Under the pieces are notes generated by a model, which had not been told where the DNA came from, ran no database searches, and worked only from the letters and a program-made list of their open reading frames with translations. Positions 13,397 through 26,760 of a stretch of DNA of 64,000 nt are shown one piece after another. The stretch is from the NCBI GenBank assembly GCA_043228905.1, contig JBHGNT010000005.1:20894001-20958000 (forward strand), read 5' to 3'. This stretch comes from Azolla caroliniana. Lineage: Eukaryota; Plantae; Polypodiophyta. The stretch's first letter is position 1. Each line of letters starts with the position of its first letter. Position numbers and translations under genes: made by a program.

Positions 13397-13807
13397 TCAA
13401 GAAGAAGCTTGTTCTTCGTGGTTAACCGCATCTTGAAGGATGCCATCGTCATCGATCACAACCTGTATGGGGGAAGTCCCAAGGCCAGTCGCAATGGCGA
13501 GCAAGATGTCACGCATCTGCGAGCAGAACTCGGAGAAATCGACTCTCCCATCATGGTCCGTGTCGAATTGCTCGAACACCGAGTTGTAGAGAGCCGTGAG
13601 CTCCTCGGGGGTCTTGTGGTCGGGCATCCCGAGGTGCGACTCCAGGAGCCGCATCTTCTCGAACGCGGTCCGTAGCTCCGATCGAGACAGCATCCCGTCG
13701 TTGTTGAGATCGGTCTCCTTGAACCGCACCTCCATGGCCGCTTTGAATGCCGCCTTGTCTTCCACGAAATCGCGGACCGTGGACCCGTCGAGAATCGCTA
13801 CCGGCAT
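13397..13807 (-). CDS. Small two-EF-hand calcium-binding protein (plant family beginning M-x-V-x-ILDGSTV), intronless
   Basis: GC-rich 136-aa ORF with EF loops DLNNDGMLSRSEL and DTDHDGRVDFSEF and C-terminal LAIATGLGTSPIQ. Confidence 0.92.
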   Translation of the reverse strand: MPVAILDGSTVRDFVEDKAAFKAAMEVRFKETDLNNDGMLSRSELRTAFEKMRLLESHLGMPDHKTPEELTALYNSVFEQFDTDHDGRVDFSEFCSQMRDILLAIATGLGTSPIQVVIDDDGILQDAVNHEEQASS

Positions 13808-14140
13808 GGCTGATGATCTTTCACTTGACTTGACTTCTTCTCCTCCTTCCTCTGCTCTTGATTCTTGACTCTTGACTTTTTCTTCTCCTCCTTCCTCTGA
13901 TCTTGATTCTTGACTCTTGACTTTTTCTCCTTCCTCTGCTCTTTGAGTCTTGAGTCTTGACTTCTTCTTCTTCTCCTTTCTTTCCCTTATGTCTCTCTTT
14001 CTCCTTTCACTGCCCCCTGTTTCTTGTAAGGTGCACTTTCTCCCTCTTCCTCATTACTGGCAACTGCCCCTGTTTTATAATGTCTACTCTCTCCCTCTCT
14101 CTCTCTCTCTCAAAAATATCTCCTGTCACCATCAATGTCA

Positions 14141-14196
<56 letters not shown>

Positions 14197-14288
14197 CCTT
14201 GGTTTCACACTTGCATCCTATGTTGTTGGCATGTATTTTGGACATATATGCTCCATCCAATCCATACGCATCGACATGTGTTCGTGCC

Positions 14289-14527
14289 TAGGAATCGACA
14301 ACGGTTTGGTTTTGGCTTAACCATTTTGGCCTTTGTCCAAACCAAACTGGTTAAGCCTTGCCGATTTAGCCTTATTTGGTTTGACCCAAATCAGTTCGGT
14401 TCGGCTTGAGCCATCCCAAACCTAGCTCAAACCGTTTTTAAGGAAGCGTAAGCCTAAACCGAGCCACCAAACTACCAAACCCTTTTGACAGCTTGGTTCA
14501 GTTGAGTCGAGTCGTTATCGATTCCTA
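14289..14527. mobile_element. hAT-type MITE (239 bp) upstream of the EF-hand gene
   Basis: TIRs TAGGAATCGACAACG / CGTTATCGATTCCTA; degenerate 8-bp TSD TTCGTGCC / TTCGTGTT; AACC/GGTT motifs. Confidence 0.8.
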
Positions 14528-17196
14528 TTCGTGTTGTGTGTCCCGAGAAAACGCTCAACTACCAACCAAGATCCTACAACTTTACAACATTGGGTAAATA
14601 AATATTAGTAGTGCCTGGACAACCATGTGACGTTTTGTGGAGTTTCCTTTCACGACTTCGTATAAGCTTTGAACACGAAATGTGATCTCTTCGAAGAGTA
14701 ACCTATAAACAAACATTTCCCAAACACTTCACTCCTCTTGACTCTCCAACACACCATTTGGAAACATAGATGACATTGGCAAAATGGTTATGCGTATCCG
14801 AGATGATAAAGATTACCGCATTTGCATTATGAGCATATGCTACACTATCAAGGCCAACTGTGAAGGAAAAAGTCACAAGGATACTACGACTAGCTAAAGA
14901 CAGTTGGACAACCATCTACATGGGGCTTATTCTCACCTTAATTAACCATTGACAATGAGTTAGAGGTTTTAGCTGGACTTTGTGACTCACATATTGACAA
15001 TCACAATATAAGAACGAGGCATGTGTGCATAAGACAATATAGATTATGAAAAGTAGGCATTGATTGTTGACTTGAATGATGTGAAAGCCTAGATCTCTCA
15101 TATAAAAATACACTTTGAATGCCCCCCGAAATGATTGATTAATTTATACATTCATGAGGCTACATTTTCTTGAAATATTAATTTTCTAAGAAACACAAAC
15201 ATGATAGTGTCGTAGTAACCTTCAATTTGGCTATATTAGAGATGTTAATCATGGGCTCAATGTTGCATAAACTCTTCATAGCTTTAATATCAAATAATGC
15301 ATGTGAACATTGCACAACTACACTATTGATATTCACATTATTACGCATGAGAAAAGATGAAAGCATTAGTTCCTAAAAGGTGACATATAATACAACAAAG
15401 GTTAAGGAGGATAAAGGAGGGAAGCGGGAATGGTTGATTGTTAAAGAAATGAATAAATTAGTTATGGCATTGATCAATCATTGATCTTTTGACAATTATT
15501 TTCCGAAGAAATAAAGCAATATTTGCAAAATGGAACCAATCTTTGGGATGGGCCACCTATTCCAATACATTAAAGTTCTTCTTAGAAAATCTATATTTGT
15601 TTCCACCATGGTTTGAACCATACGTACCATACGTACATTCGCATTCGAGAATGTTCCTATCATTTGAGTATGGTAAGCAGGTTCCTCAAAGTATGGTAAA
15701 TACCATACTTTTGTATTCATTATTTATTATAAGGTAAAAAAATTTTAAAGCGAAGAAAGTTAAGGTAAAAAGTGTAAAAAAAACATAAGAATGTTTGCTA
15801 GAGCATTCGAGAATATTACGTATTATGGTTTCCACCAAGCAAATATGCTTCCAAGAGAAAGAGATGATGATGATAATATATATATATATTAATGTCCACA
15901 TATGGGCAAACATGATCCCCAACTAGGTAGCTACATAATGATAATTCAAAAAGTAGAAGTAAGACTTTAAATTAAAAACCAAGCTTGTTCTCAAATTTCA
16001 TAATTTGTATTTTCCATGAGTTTACTTTCGTGATCGAGTCATGATGAGCAAGATATGTTGTTGTCAATTATTCTATCCTTGTTAGGAGTTTGTGGAATTG
16101 AGTACAACTTTATTTAAATCTATATGAAAATGCTCAGCACAAAAAAAATTTGCAAGCTTTGTAATATCCAATTCCCAATTTACTAAGATTACGATTGAGA
16201 TAGACTGGTGATTTGCAGGTCACAAAATTGTTGCAGCCTAAATAGAATTGATGTATATCATAAACTAATTGTTATGTGTACAAGATGGCTACACAAGTTA
16301 ATAAAGAATGGGGAATAACAAGATCCAATAGATCGTGAGAAAGTGTGGTATAACTAGGGTACATAATTGTTAAAAAACGTGCATTCTATGTTTAGAATAC
16401 GTTTTAGAATACTGTAAACTTTTCTACATTTTAGAACTGCCATTTTTCAAATTTCCACATAAAATTTGACGTATTCTACGTAGTCTATGTATTTAACAAG
16501 TATTTATCATTTCAAAAAGTTTTTATTTTATTTTAAAAGTAAACTTTTTTTTTCAGAAAAAAACTTCAAATTTTGAGAAGTAAAAGTATTCTACATGTAT
16601 TGTAAGTATTTAACATATTTTAAGTATTTTATGTGTAAAGTTAGAATACTTAGAAATGGTTAGAATACGTATTCTACTTGTATTGTATGTTAAGTATTCT
16701 ACAACAATACTAGGATCACAATCTCATATTTCTTTTAGTGATGAAGTGCTTATTTGGAGGGCCATGGTGGGTGGATTACTTCTAGGACCTACTTTGCGAA
16801 GATGAAGTATTGATTTTGGATTGGTTTATTTTGCACTATTTTAAAGGAACATAGTTGACATCAATTTATTAGTTGTCATGTAGGAAGGGCTATCCTCAAA
16901 TTTATATATACAGTTTGAGCTTCTATAACCGGAGCATCAAAATCCTTGTTTTGATAGTTGTTTGGTTATAACTTATAATGTGTACATAATTTAGAATGCC
17001 TTCTCCACATTTTGAGATATCCTTTCATTATCTAAGGTATTGGGAATTATGACATAATTGGTGTATGCAAAATGCCTTTCTTTTTTATGCTCAATGTGGG
17101 GTTCAAAGACAAGTTTGATGATTGAAAGGTATACTAGTATGGTGGTTTTCCTTGCTCTATGGCACAAGAGGAATTAGAGGTTTGTATGCTAGCAAG

Positions 17197-17462
17197 TAAG
17201 AATCGACAATGTTTAGTTTTGGCTTAACGGTTTGGCCTTGTCCAAACTAAACCGGTTAAGCCTTACCTGATTTGGGAGTTTCAAACTTGAATGAATTGAT
17301 CCCTAAAATAGTTTAGGAACTTGTTCGGTTTGGCATGAGCCTTGCCAAACCGAGCTCAGACCAATTAAGGACACTCAAGCCCAAATCGAGTCGAACCAAA
17401 CCACTGAAGTGTTTAAAAATAATTTAATGGCTTGGTTCATGTTAGAGTCGAGCCATTGCCAA
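17197..17462. mobile_element. Degenerate copy of the same MITE family as 14289-14527
   Basis: Starts TAAGAATCGACAATGTTTAGTTTTGGCTTAAC and follows the 14289 copy (GGCCTTGTCCAAA, GGTTAAGCCTT, GCTTGGTTCA). The right TIR is truncated. Confidence 0.65.
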
Positions 17463-18411
17463 CCGAGCTCAGACCAATATATGCATTGGCCGTTACCGTA
17501 CGGGTATATATAAGTTCATGATGATGTATTTAGAGATGAGGGATGTCATGGGAACCCACATTGATTTTGTGATGAGCCAATAGACTATCATATTTGGTGA
17601 CCTTAGATGGTAAGATTGTATAGTAGAAGGTTATGCATTTAACCTCTACATTCCATTCTAGATTGATGAGACAAAAAAACACCCCCATAACTAACTATAC
17701 AACCATGACTGGTGTCGACGTAGCAATGTGTTTTTATGTTTTGTTTTATTTATTTGTATATTTAATTTTCGAATTTTCTTTCTTTATTTTATTTTATTAG
17801 CTAGTGTGGGCATGCTTCAACGATAACACAAATGCCCCGTGATGAAAAGTGCACCATCTAGCACTTGGTAGAAGGGTAGGACGTTGAGCATGTTGTTTAC
17901 TACTGGGCAATAGAGCGTGATGCCGAGGGCCACCAAACGGGACTCACATTTGCACAAGCACCTGTAATTCGTAGCAGCTCGATGTTGTCGGATTGCTAGA
18001 TGTAGTAAACCTGAAAAAAATACACACACACACCCAAACACGTATACATATACATATGGATTTGTATTAAAAAAAACACATATAAATTCATTTATTTAAT
18101 TTCTTTTTTAACAAAACAAAAAAAACATACTTCTAACCTTGTGCCACAGGTGGCCATAGTGACAAAACCCTAACCATGTAGTAAACATGTGAGACAAAAC
18201 TGACACATCAAAACACACATATTAACAAACCAAACAATTCTTGCCCATACGAGAGAAACAAAATCTTAACATAATTGAAAGAAGAATTCGAAGAGAAATG
18301 GAGAATATGGAAGTTCTTAGTTTCTTCTTCTTGGATCAAGACAATGCATGTTAATTCCTCTAGGATTAAGTAATATATTAAAAAAATAGCCAATACAAGA
18401 AAACATTAATC

Positions 18412-18620
18412 ACGCTTTGATACCAATTGTAAGAATATAAATTAACGTGAGAGAAAGTTAAGGAAGAAAGGATGATAGTCCATTTGACCACCCCCTAGCT
18501 AATGTGAGAGAGGAATCTGATTCCTGCTCATACAACCAAGTACAGACATGAATCGTACCTAGGTGGTAAAGTTGTACCGTAGTATTCTACACACGAGGAT
18601 AAGTATGGTCATGCATGTAA
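18412..18620 (-). mobile_element. Possible decayed LTR-retrotransposon remnant
   Basis: GCTTTGATACCAATTGT is a tRNA-iMet PBS-like sequence next to an LTR-like end on the minus strand. No intact domains; extent uncertain. Confidence 0.3.
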
Positions 18621-18994
18621 CATTGGGTTTGAAGAAAAAGGAGGTGCATGTGTATGAAACTAGAGCTTTGCAACACAATCAAAGTCTCTATCCAATATGA
18701 AAAAGATGACTAACTCCAAGTCATCTAGTCAAGTGCAATTGGAAAACTACAACCATTAGGTTCGGGGGTATGTTAAATATCCATCAATCACTTGAAATTA
18801 AGTACCTTGTCCGACGATACCAACATTGGCCCAATGTAATAATAAGGATATGACCCATAAACCGTAAATAAACGCCCCCAAAATGTTATAAATACTAATA
18901 GTCCAAGTAAGCAAGTGTGAGAGCAAATGTAAGGAGATGATTCACTAAGTGAACTATATAGCTCGCGCCATTGGCTTACTTAGAAGTGGTTGAC

Positions 18995-19041
<47 letters not shown>

Positions 19042-19044
<3 letters not shown>

Positions 19045-19126
19045 ACGGAACTAACCATAAGGCATTCACTCCTACCTGATCCCCATAACAATGAACCAAT
19101 GAGTATATTCCTAGCTTATGCTAGGA

Positions 19127-19130
<4 letters not shown>
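19042..19130 (+). repeat. Left copy of the 89-bp direct repeat flanking the LINE
   Basis: CCCACGGAACTAACC...TAGGAAAGT matches 24297-24385 with 4 substitutions; preceded by (CT)n. Confidence 0.92.
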
Positions 19131-19173
<43 letters not shown>

Positions 19174-19567
19174 GGTCGTGCGCCACGCTGTCGTCGCTGC
19201 CGTCTGTGACGTCTGTCGCCGCCTGCTATCGAGCTGCACTCTCTCTCTCCCCCCCATCGTGCTGCTGTCGTCTGTTGCCGCGCTACCGCCTCTGACGTCC
19301 GTCGCCGTCTACTGCCGTCTGCGTGCAGGACGACCTATTGTCGTTCGTCATCATCCGTTGTAGTCGCCATTGTCGTTGCCGTGTTCTTCTCCTTCTTGTT
19401 CTTGAGGTTGCCGAGTGTCGCGTTTCTTTTCTTGGCGGCGCATCCTTGTTCTTTTAGCGTGCTCGTCGCGTGCAAAATGCTGATGTGACTACGACATACA
19501 CACAAACTCAGCTAAGTCTCGAACCCATTTATTTTATCCTTTTTTTTCTTTTCTTATTGACACTACA

Positions 19568-20374
19568 ATGTCTAAACGAAAGGAACACAAGGATACACAA
19601 GACGAGGCTATAAGTAAGGAGGACTTTTTGGATATGTTTAACCGTTTAACAAAAATAGAGATGGATATGAAAAAATGGGTGAAAGACGCCGAAACCCACA
19701 AGAAAAAAGATAGAGAGGAAAAAGACACCCTCAAGGCCGAAATAGAAAAACTTAAAGAGGAAAACACAAACCTCAAACAACAACTTAATGACATCAAGGT
19801 ATCCCGAGAGGACGGTGAAATATCCTCCATAGAGGATATAAAAGATGAGATCAAAAAAGTTAAAGAGGAGGTTAAAAATAACATAGAGTTAGCAAAAACG
19901 GGTTGGGTAGATGTGGTTAAAAGAAACATTAAAAAAGAAATAAAGGATGAAAATATTGTTAATACCACCCTCGAAGAGGAGAAAATGCGTCAGGCCCGAC
20001 GCCTAAATGTGCGTGTCATTGGGCTCAAGGAAGGTGCATCCCCAAACGAGGATGCACAAACACTTGGGAAAATATTAGGGTACACAACGACCCTACCTAT
20101 CACCAACGCTTGGAGGGCCGGACGCGACACAACTAGGAAGAGAGCCTTAGTTCTTCAATTTAAAGACTTAGACTCTAGAATCACTTTCTTTAAGAAGAGA
20201 CCAATTCTTTGAGGATTGGGTAGGGACGCTATCTATCTCGATGAAGACCTCACCAAGATGCAAATTGAGCATCGCAAGAGTTGTATGCCAAAGGTTATGC
20301 AAGCTCGTAAAGACGGGCATCGCGCCTTTTATCGAGATGGGCGAGTGATCATAAATGATCGCACTACTAATTGA
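19568..20374 (+). pseudogene. LINE ORF1 (coiled coil + RRM-like), one premature TGA at 20210
   Basis: K/E-rich heptads, RRLNVRVIGLKE, and after the stop IYLDEDLT..RDGRVIIN ending in TGA at 20372-74. Confidence 0.8.
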
Positions 20375-20410
20375 TGGCGTGTGGCCCATGTGACAAAAAG
20401 CACACTTAGG

Positions 20411-23400
20411 ATGACCTTATGGAATTGTAACGGCGCACTCTGAACACACCCCGGCCGCCTAGAGGGGATATTAAGGGAAGCAGATATAGTTTGCCTAGTA
20501 GAAACACACCAAAGCCCAAATAGGGGACTCCCACGAGTCGAAGGATTTCGTTGGGAGTCGGCTTTTAGACAAACCTCACGTCGATGCACTACCAGGGGAT
20601 TTGGAGGTGTCGCAATATTGTTTCGGAGGGAGCTACATAATAGGATAGAAATACTGAGCACAGACCCAGAAGCCCGTTTTATGTGGGTGAAAGTCTCCAC
20701 AAGCAAGGACAAGGCAGTAATTTTCGCCATTTGTTACTTTCCCCCGAAAGGCTCTCGTTATAATCTGGTTGTCGAGGCGAGATTAGTTGATGACGGAGTG
20801 CCACATGGGCCTTCCCCATATGAACCTCTATCGGATGACATAATCCGATATTCTTCCCAAGGAGAAGTATTCCTTGTAGGAGACTTTAATACGAGAACCC
20901 AATCCCGACAATGCACAATATTTCAAATGAATAGAAACCTAGAAATGGTAAATGTCGATCCTTCAGACATAGACACCACACGTAGATCAAAGGATCAAGG
21001 TGCGGACGCCACGAGCTTTGGCCATCATTTGCTCGAACTCGGTAGTCGGCACCAGATGGTCATATATAATGGTTTAGCCAAGTGGCCAGGTTCGGAAGAG
21101 CTCACATGTTTCCCACATGGAGGAGGGGAAAGCACAATCGATTATCTAATAGAACGCCTTGAAGCTACCCACATGATTAACTCCTTCCGAGTGGCCCGAT
21201 GTCCTCTTGGCGCGGACCATAGTTTCTTATACTTCGAGATAAAATGCGATATCTCTAACGTCACCAACTCTAGTCAACCATGCCATGACATCACAATACA
21301 TTTCACACATGAGCTCTCTGACATATATGCTCGACATGTTCAAGCCCATCTCTCCTCCCTTGATCCCTCCCTACCTTTAGAGAGCCTTAATACGAAACTC
21401 ACACACATCCTTCACTCTGCAACAGTTAGCAGTTTCCCATACACGAAACACTCTAATCAAGGTAAAGTACGATCTATGCCACAAAATAGATGGTATGATG
21501 AGGATTGTAGGTGCTTACATCGACAACTTACAATATCGCAACTCAGTGGTAGTATTACCTCAGTACAAGCTCGTAAAGAAATGCGCAAGATGACACGTCG
21601 TAAGAGACGAGCATGGGAGGCATCCCAATATTGGGAACTCTACCATATGCTCATGAGTAGCGATTGTGCCACTGCATGGAAGAGATTACGGGAACCAAGA
21701 CCACAAACACCCATCGAAGATCCCGAAACTTGGCACACTTATATAGAGAGACTTTACCAAATCCCAAACCAACCACCCATTCCAATGCCTTCTACACCCC
21801 GACCTACTGTGGGGACACTCTTCACGACCTCTAGGGTCACGAAGGTCATAAAGAAATTACAACATAGGAAGTCCATGGACCACACAGGATTGCGAGCAGA
21901 ACACATCATATACGTGAGAGAGTGCCTAGCTCCCTTGCTAACTCTAATCTTCAATTGTGCCCTCGCAGAGGGTTTTCCACCACAATGGACCATGAACACA
22001 GTGGCCCCCATACATAAAGGGGGGGACCCCATGGACCCAAATACTTATAGGACCATTATGATAGGTCATACCCTTGCTAAATTATATGGTGCAGGCAGAG
22101 CTTAGCGAGTATATGAAGACCTTAAATCTTTGTGCACCTGAACAAGCTGGCTTTAGACGAGCCTTCTCCACTATTGACCATATCTTCACACTTAGATGCT
22201 TAATTGACCAGACTAAGGCTCGCAAGAAGAAACTATATTGTTGTTTTGTGGACTTCCGCAAAGCCTTTGACACGGTCCCTAGAGAGCGGTTGTTTGATAG
22301 GCTTAAGAGCTTGAGGATACCAGATGACATGGTTTGGGCCATCTACGCACTATATGAACAAGTGTCCGGGTGTGTTCGATGCCCAGGCGGCATATCCGAT
22401 AGTTTCACTAGCACTATTGGTGTAAAACAAGGTTGCCCCTTATCTCCGACTCTTTTTGGGATCTACATTGATGAGATCACAGATTTTATTGCTCGTAAGG
22501 GAGGCAATGGAGTAGTCCTTGGGGATACGCAGGTGCGTATCTTGCTCTATGCAGACGACATAGTTTTGCTCTCTGAATCCGAACATGACCTACAAAGGCA
22601 CCTTAATGCCTTAGATGACTTTTGCACACAACGAGGATTGGTAGTGAATCTAGGGAAAACTAAAGTCCTTATCTTCCACACGTCGGCCCAAGTTAGAGCT
22701 AAGTTTCACCTAACTATCTCCCATAGCCCAGTTGAGGTGGTTGGATCATATGTCTATCTCGGAGTCACTTTCAGTGCCCGCTCAGGTAAATTTTCGATGA
22801 CACAAGCAACGAAGGATAGACTTACAAGAGGACATGCATCCCTCTCACTCCTCGAGAGACAATGCCACCAAGCATACTTCCAAGAGCCACGAACTAAAGG
22901 GTGGCTCTTTGACTCATTAGTGACTCCCTCTCTCATGTATGCATCAGCAGTTCGGGCCCCAGGACTACCATCTTTCATGTGGATGCAATTAGAGAGACCA
23001 TTGGTGATGATGTTATCACGCCAACTCCGAAGCAAATCGTCGGTCCCACATGACATTATTAGGGTTGAGTTCACTCTACCCCCTATGTTAGTAGAAGCAC
23101 TTTTTCAACTGGTAGTCTTTATACACAGGATACATAACCAACCACTTGATAGAATATCCCACCAAGCCTTTAAGGCTTCTCGAGCACTGTATGAGTCCGG
23201 CTATACTAGCTCATGGTATGGCATGATGGTGAGTTGGCTTCTTGCCAACGGTCTAGACATTAATAACCTCCCCCCCCTTAAGTACAACCACACGACGGAT
23301 AACACTTTAATCTCTCATGAGGACCGTAATAAAGTAATACGCCAAGAAATATGGCAAATTTATACTTGGTATAAATGGATCACCCCACTAGAGCCATTCC

Positions 23401-24116
23401 CATCTAAAATGTCGTACTATAAGGAACACTTTATGCACTTCTCTGAGTTAGGTTTTATCACGCACCCAAAATATCTAGATGTATTCTTACCACATGCACT
23501 AAGGGTTGCCATTGGTCAACTTAGAATATCATCTCACCAACTTGAGATTGAGAATGGACGTACTAATGGAGTCCCTAGGGAGGAAAGGCTATGTAGGTTA
23601 TGCCACATAGAGATAGAGGATGAGTACCATTTTACATGCAAATGCCCCACCTATGCTGAGATAAGGGCAAAATACCAAGACATACTTGGTTCCTCTCCCA
23701 CCCTCCCTAAACTATTAGATACACTAGATATAAAGAAATTAGGTAGATACATCTTAGAATTGAAACAACATAGAGAGAATAAATTACAAAACGTTGATAA
23801 TAATGTTGCTAATGTTTACCAACATATAACAAATGAAGTTTTTCAGGAACAGGGGGAGACAATGAATGTCGACACACCTGCACCACTCAGACTTTTCCTT
23901 GATGAAGCAGAAAATCAAAGAAGAACCAAACGCCCTCGGATGCCGGGTTTCAAAGCAACTCGACGAGATGTAGAAGCAATAAAGAAAATACGGGAACGTG
24001 AACTACACCGCCTAGAAGCCATGGCTAGGGCACTCTATGCATCAGGACCATGGGTCACACCCACACCAAAAACTTTTGACCTCCCACTTCTTTTTGAGAG
24101 ACTTGGGTGGAAATGA
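20411..24116 (+). pseudogene. LINE ORF2 (APE-RT-zinc motif), stop at 20441 and frameshift near 22092
   Basis: LWNCNG, CLVETH, VGDFN, STIDY, ADH (APE); QAGFR, FVDFRKAFD, GVKQGCPLSP, LLYADD, YLGV (RT); LRISSHQLEIENGR..RLCRLC..EDEYHF..C. Confidence 0.9.
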
Positions 24117-24296
24117 GATTAGGCTTAGTGCAAAGTTTTGTACACTACTAGAACTTTCTTAGCTTAAGCTATTTTCTTTTATTTTAGTTTTGATGATTGG
24201 ATAAACACTCATTTTTGTTGTAACCCAATTGTCTCATGGGCCAAATTTGGCCTTAGAAGACGTTAATATATCTTTCTTTCTTTCTTCTCTCTCTCT

Positions 24297-24385
24297 CCCA
24301 TGGAACTAACCATAAGGCATTCACTCCCACTTGATCCCCATAACAATGAACCAATGAGTATATTCCTAGCTTATGTTAGGAAAGT
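24297..24385 (+). repeat. Right copy of the 89-bp direct repeat flanking the LINE
   Basis: CCCATGGAACTAACC...TAGGAAAGT, matching 19042-19130. Confidence 0.92.
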
Positions 24386-25565
24386 AGAGACTACAACTTT
24401 ATTTATCAAACTCACGTTGGTTCAAAAGAAGAGCATGTAGATTGTTGTTTGGTAACTAAACCCCAAGGTAAGTATCGATGAAAATGCTAAAATAGGTGGC
24501 GTTTGCCTATACAAAACAAGGGTGACAAGTTTTCCTCTATCTCAAAGAGTGCTTTATTGAGTTTTGATTTGCATGCATATGGATCAATATTGTTACAATA
24601 ATTGTCGCATTCCCAACTTTGCCGATGATTTGCCTAGAAAGTATGCTCTAGGATAAAGGACTACATCTGATTGTGTATAGATCAACCACCGTGGATGCCT
24701 TCAAAGATAGTCTCCATACTCGAAACGCTCTTAAGTACACAAAATAAGGCAAACCTCATCCTATACGGTTGATGATCGGGTTACAATTAAATCTAATGTA
24801 ATATTACAAAATCATTACCATGGGATGGGTCCCTAGGCCAAAATATGTACATCTAGGGGAGGAGGTTTTCTCACAAATGTAATATCTTCAATTTTAGGTT
24901 CTTCTATTATTGCCGGGTCTATATACATCATGTTCTCTAATAAGATATCACAACTGATCTCAAGCCATACTTGGAAATGTTGGCATAAATACACAAATAA
25001 TCCGTCGGTATCTATTTCATGAACTTATCAACTACCAAAAGGTTCAATTTAATCCACCTCTTGGCCAAAAGATCATGTTGTCACTCTACTACAAAGTCAA
25101 TGGATTGATCATATGATCAGATGCCACACCAACAAAGAGAGAAGATTGACCGTGAAAGAATAAACTCTGATGAAATTATGTGTTACCTTCTCATACAAGG
25201 CTTTAGAAACAATGTGGATTTCTGCAATGCAAAAGAAAAACCATCCCAAAGAAAGATCAATGAATGAATATACATAAATACATATGATTGTTTGGCAGTA
25301 ATTATTGCTGCAGTAGTACAAGAAAAAATGATGTCAAAGAGTGCCACAAAATTGCAGTGTTAGCATTCCACTTGAAGGCATAAAAAAAACTAACCTCCAT
25401 CACAAATTGAACCATGGCAAGGTAACCTGTCTTCTTCTTATTCTTATCATACAAGTCTCTTCATCCAAATTGAAAACCAACTCAGAGACCCAAAGAACGA
25501 CATTACATGAGACATCATACCAACAAAAGAATTTGGCCCAATTTCCTCTTAAGAATAAACAACAA

Positions 25566-26760
25566 TCAACAACAGCCAGCTTTCGTCGTTTCGGTGGCAT
25601 CGTTTACACCAACATTGATGGTTCTGCCTGCAGGTACAGCTGTAATCTCATCTCCGATCTCAAGATTCTTCTTGCTAACGACCCTATAAATCTGAGCCAG
25701 AATTTGATTGAATGCATTATCAACATTTGTCGATTCAAGGGCAGAAGTTTCTATGAAATACAGGCCCTCTCGTTCAGCGAAGCCTTGGCCATCTTCTGTT
25801 GGTACCGCTCTCAAATGCCGAAGATCGGCCTTATTACCCACTAGCATGATCTCGATCGACGAGTCTGTATGTTCCCTGAGCTCTTTTAGCCAAACTTCTA
25901 CATTTTCAAAGGTTCCATCTCTTGTTATATCATAGACTACTAATGCACCCACTGCACCACGATAATAGGCGCTGGTAATGGCTCTATACCTGGAAATATA
26001 TAATAAAGCCGTATAGGTATAAGAACTTAGCTTCAACATACATTTCATTTTTAGATTAGTTACTGGCCAATACATAAATGTGATATTTTGATGAACCCCT
26101 AAGATTCAAACAGAAATCATTGAATCCAGCTTTCAATGCATTTCTAAGATCTCAACAGAAATCATCAGATTTGGCAATTGATGCATTTCTAGGATTTCAA
26201 TACAAATTCTTAAATGCAACACATCAAAGGACAGAAAGATAACAGCCCTAATCTTTCAAGCAGATGGGAGAAACCAACAGTTAAAATCTTTAAAATATAT
26301 GGAGATGTATACCATTCTTTGAAGCAGATGGTAAGATGAATAGTTCTAATCTTTTAAGGTCCAACTGTTCTGATCTTTCAAGTTCAAACAGTCGTAATCT
26401 TTCAATACATCATGAAGTACTATTAACAACAATTAAGATGCCGATAAAAAATAATAATCATTCATTTCTCAGAAGGGATCCAAGCCACAAGCTAAAATCA
26501 AGTGTTATGTTCATGTTGCAAATTACGAAGAATTCAGCTCACCTTTCTTGGCCTGCTGTGTCCCAGATCTGAGCTTTAATGGTCTTGCCATCAAGATGGA
26601 TGCTACGAGTTGCAAATTCAACACCTATAGTGGACTTCGACTCGAGGCTGAACTCATTCCGAACAAATCGTGACAAAATGTTGGTCTTTCCAACACCAGA
26701 ATCACCGATGAGCACCAGTTTGAATAGATAATCATATTCATCATCAGTTTTATAGGCCAT
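25566..26760 (-). CDS. RABA: Rab11/RabA small GTPase, 2 coding exons, 213 aa
   Basis: Exons 26760-26543 and 25989-25566 (GT-AG). Motifs [44 protein letters not shown] and a C-terminal CC prenylation motif. Confidence 0.96.

Larger units (their letters stand above)
19131..24296 (+). mobile_element. Near full-length non-LTR retrotransposon (LINE, RTEX/RTE-X-like)
   Basis: 5' (CT)n plus CpG-rich UTR, ORF1, ORF2 with APE endonuclease, RT and a C-terminal Cys/His motif, and a 3' (CTTT)n(CT)n tail instead of poly(A). Flanked by an 89-bp direct repeat. Confidence 0.9.

Noticed and set aside
12049-14527. EF-hand gene captured in a Pack-hAT element between two MITEs
   Set aside because: Each MITE has its own TIR pair and its own different TSD, so they are independent insertions.
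15600-16710. Possible old MITEs with repeated CATTCG/GAATAC/GTATTC motifs
   Set aside because: I could not define matching TIRs or TSDs.
20372-20376. TGATG stop-start coupling of LINE ORF1 and ORF2
   Set aside because: The ATG at 20374 is out of frame with ORF2 in this copy and stops after 11 codons.
19042-24385. 89-bp direct repeats as LTRs
   Set aside because: No TG..CA ends, PBS or PPT, and the enclosed element encodes an APE-RT LINE protein.
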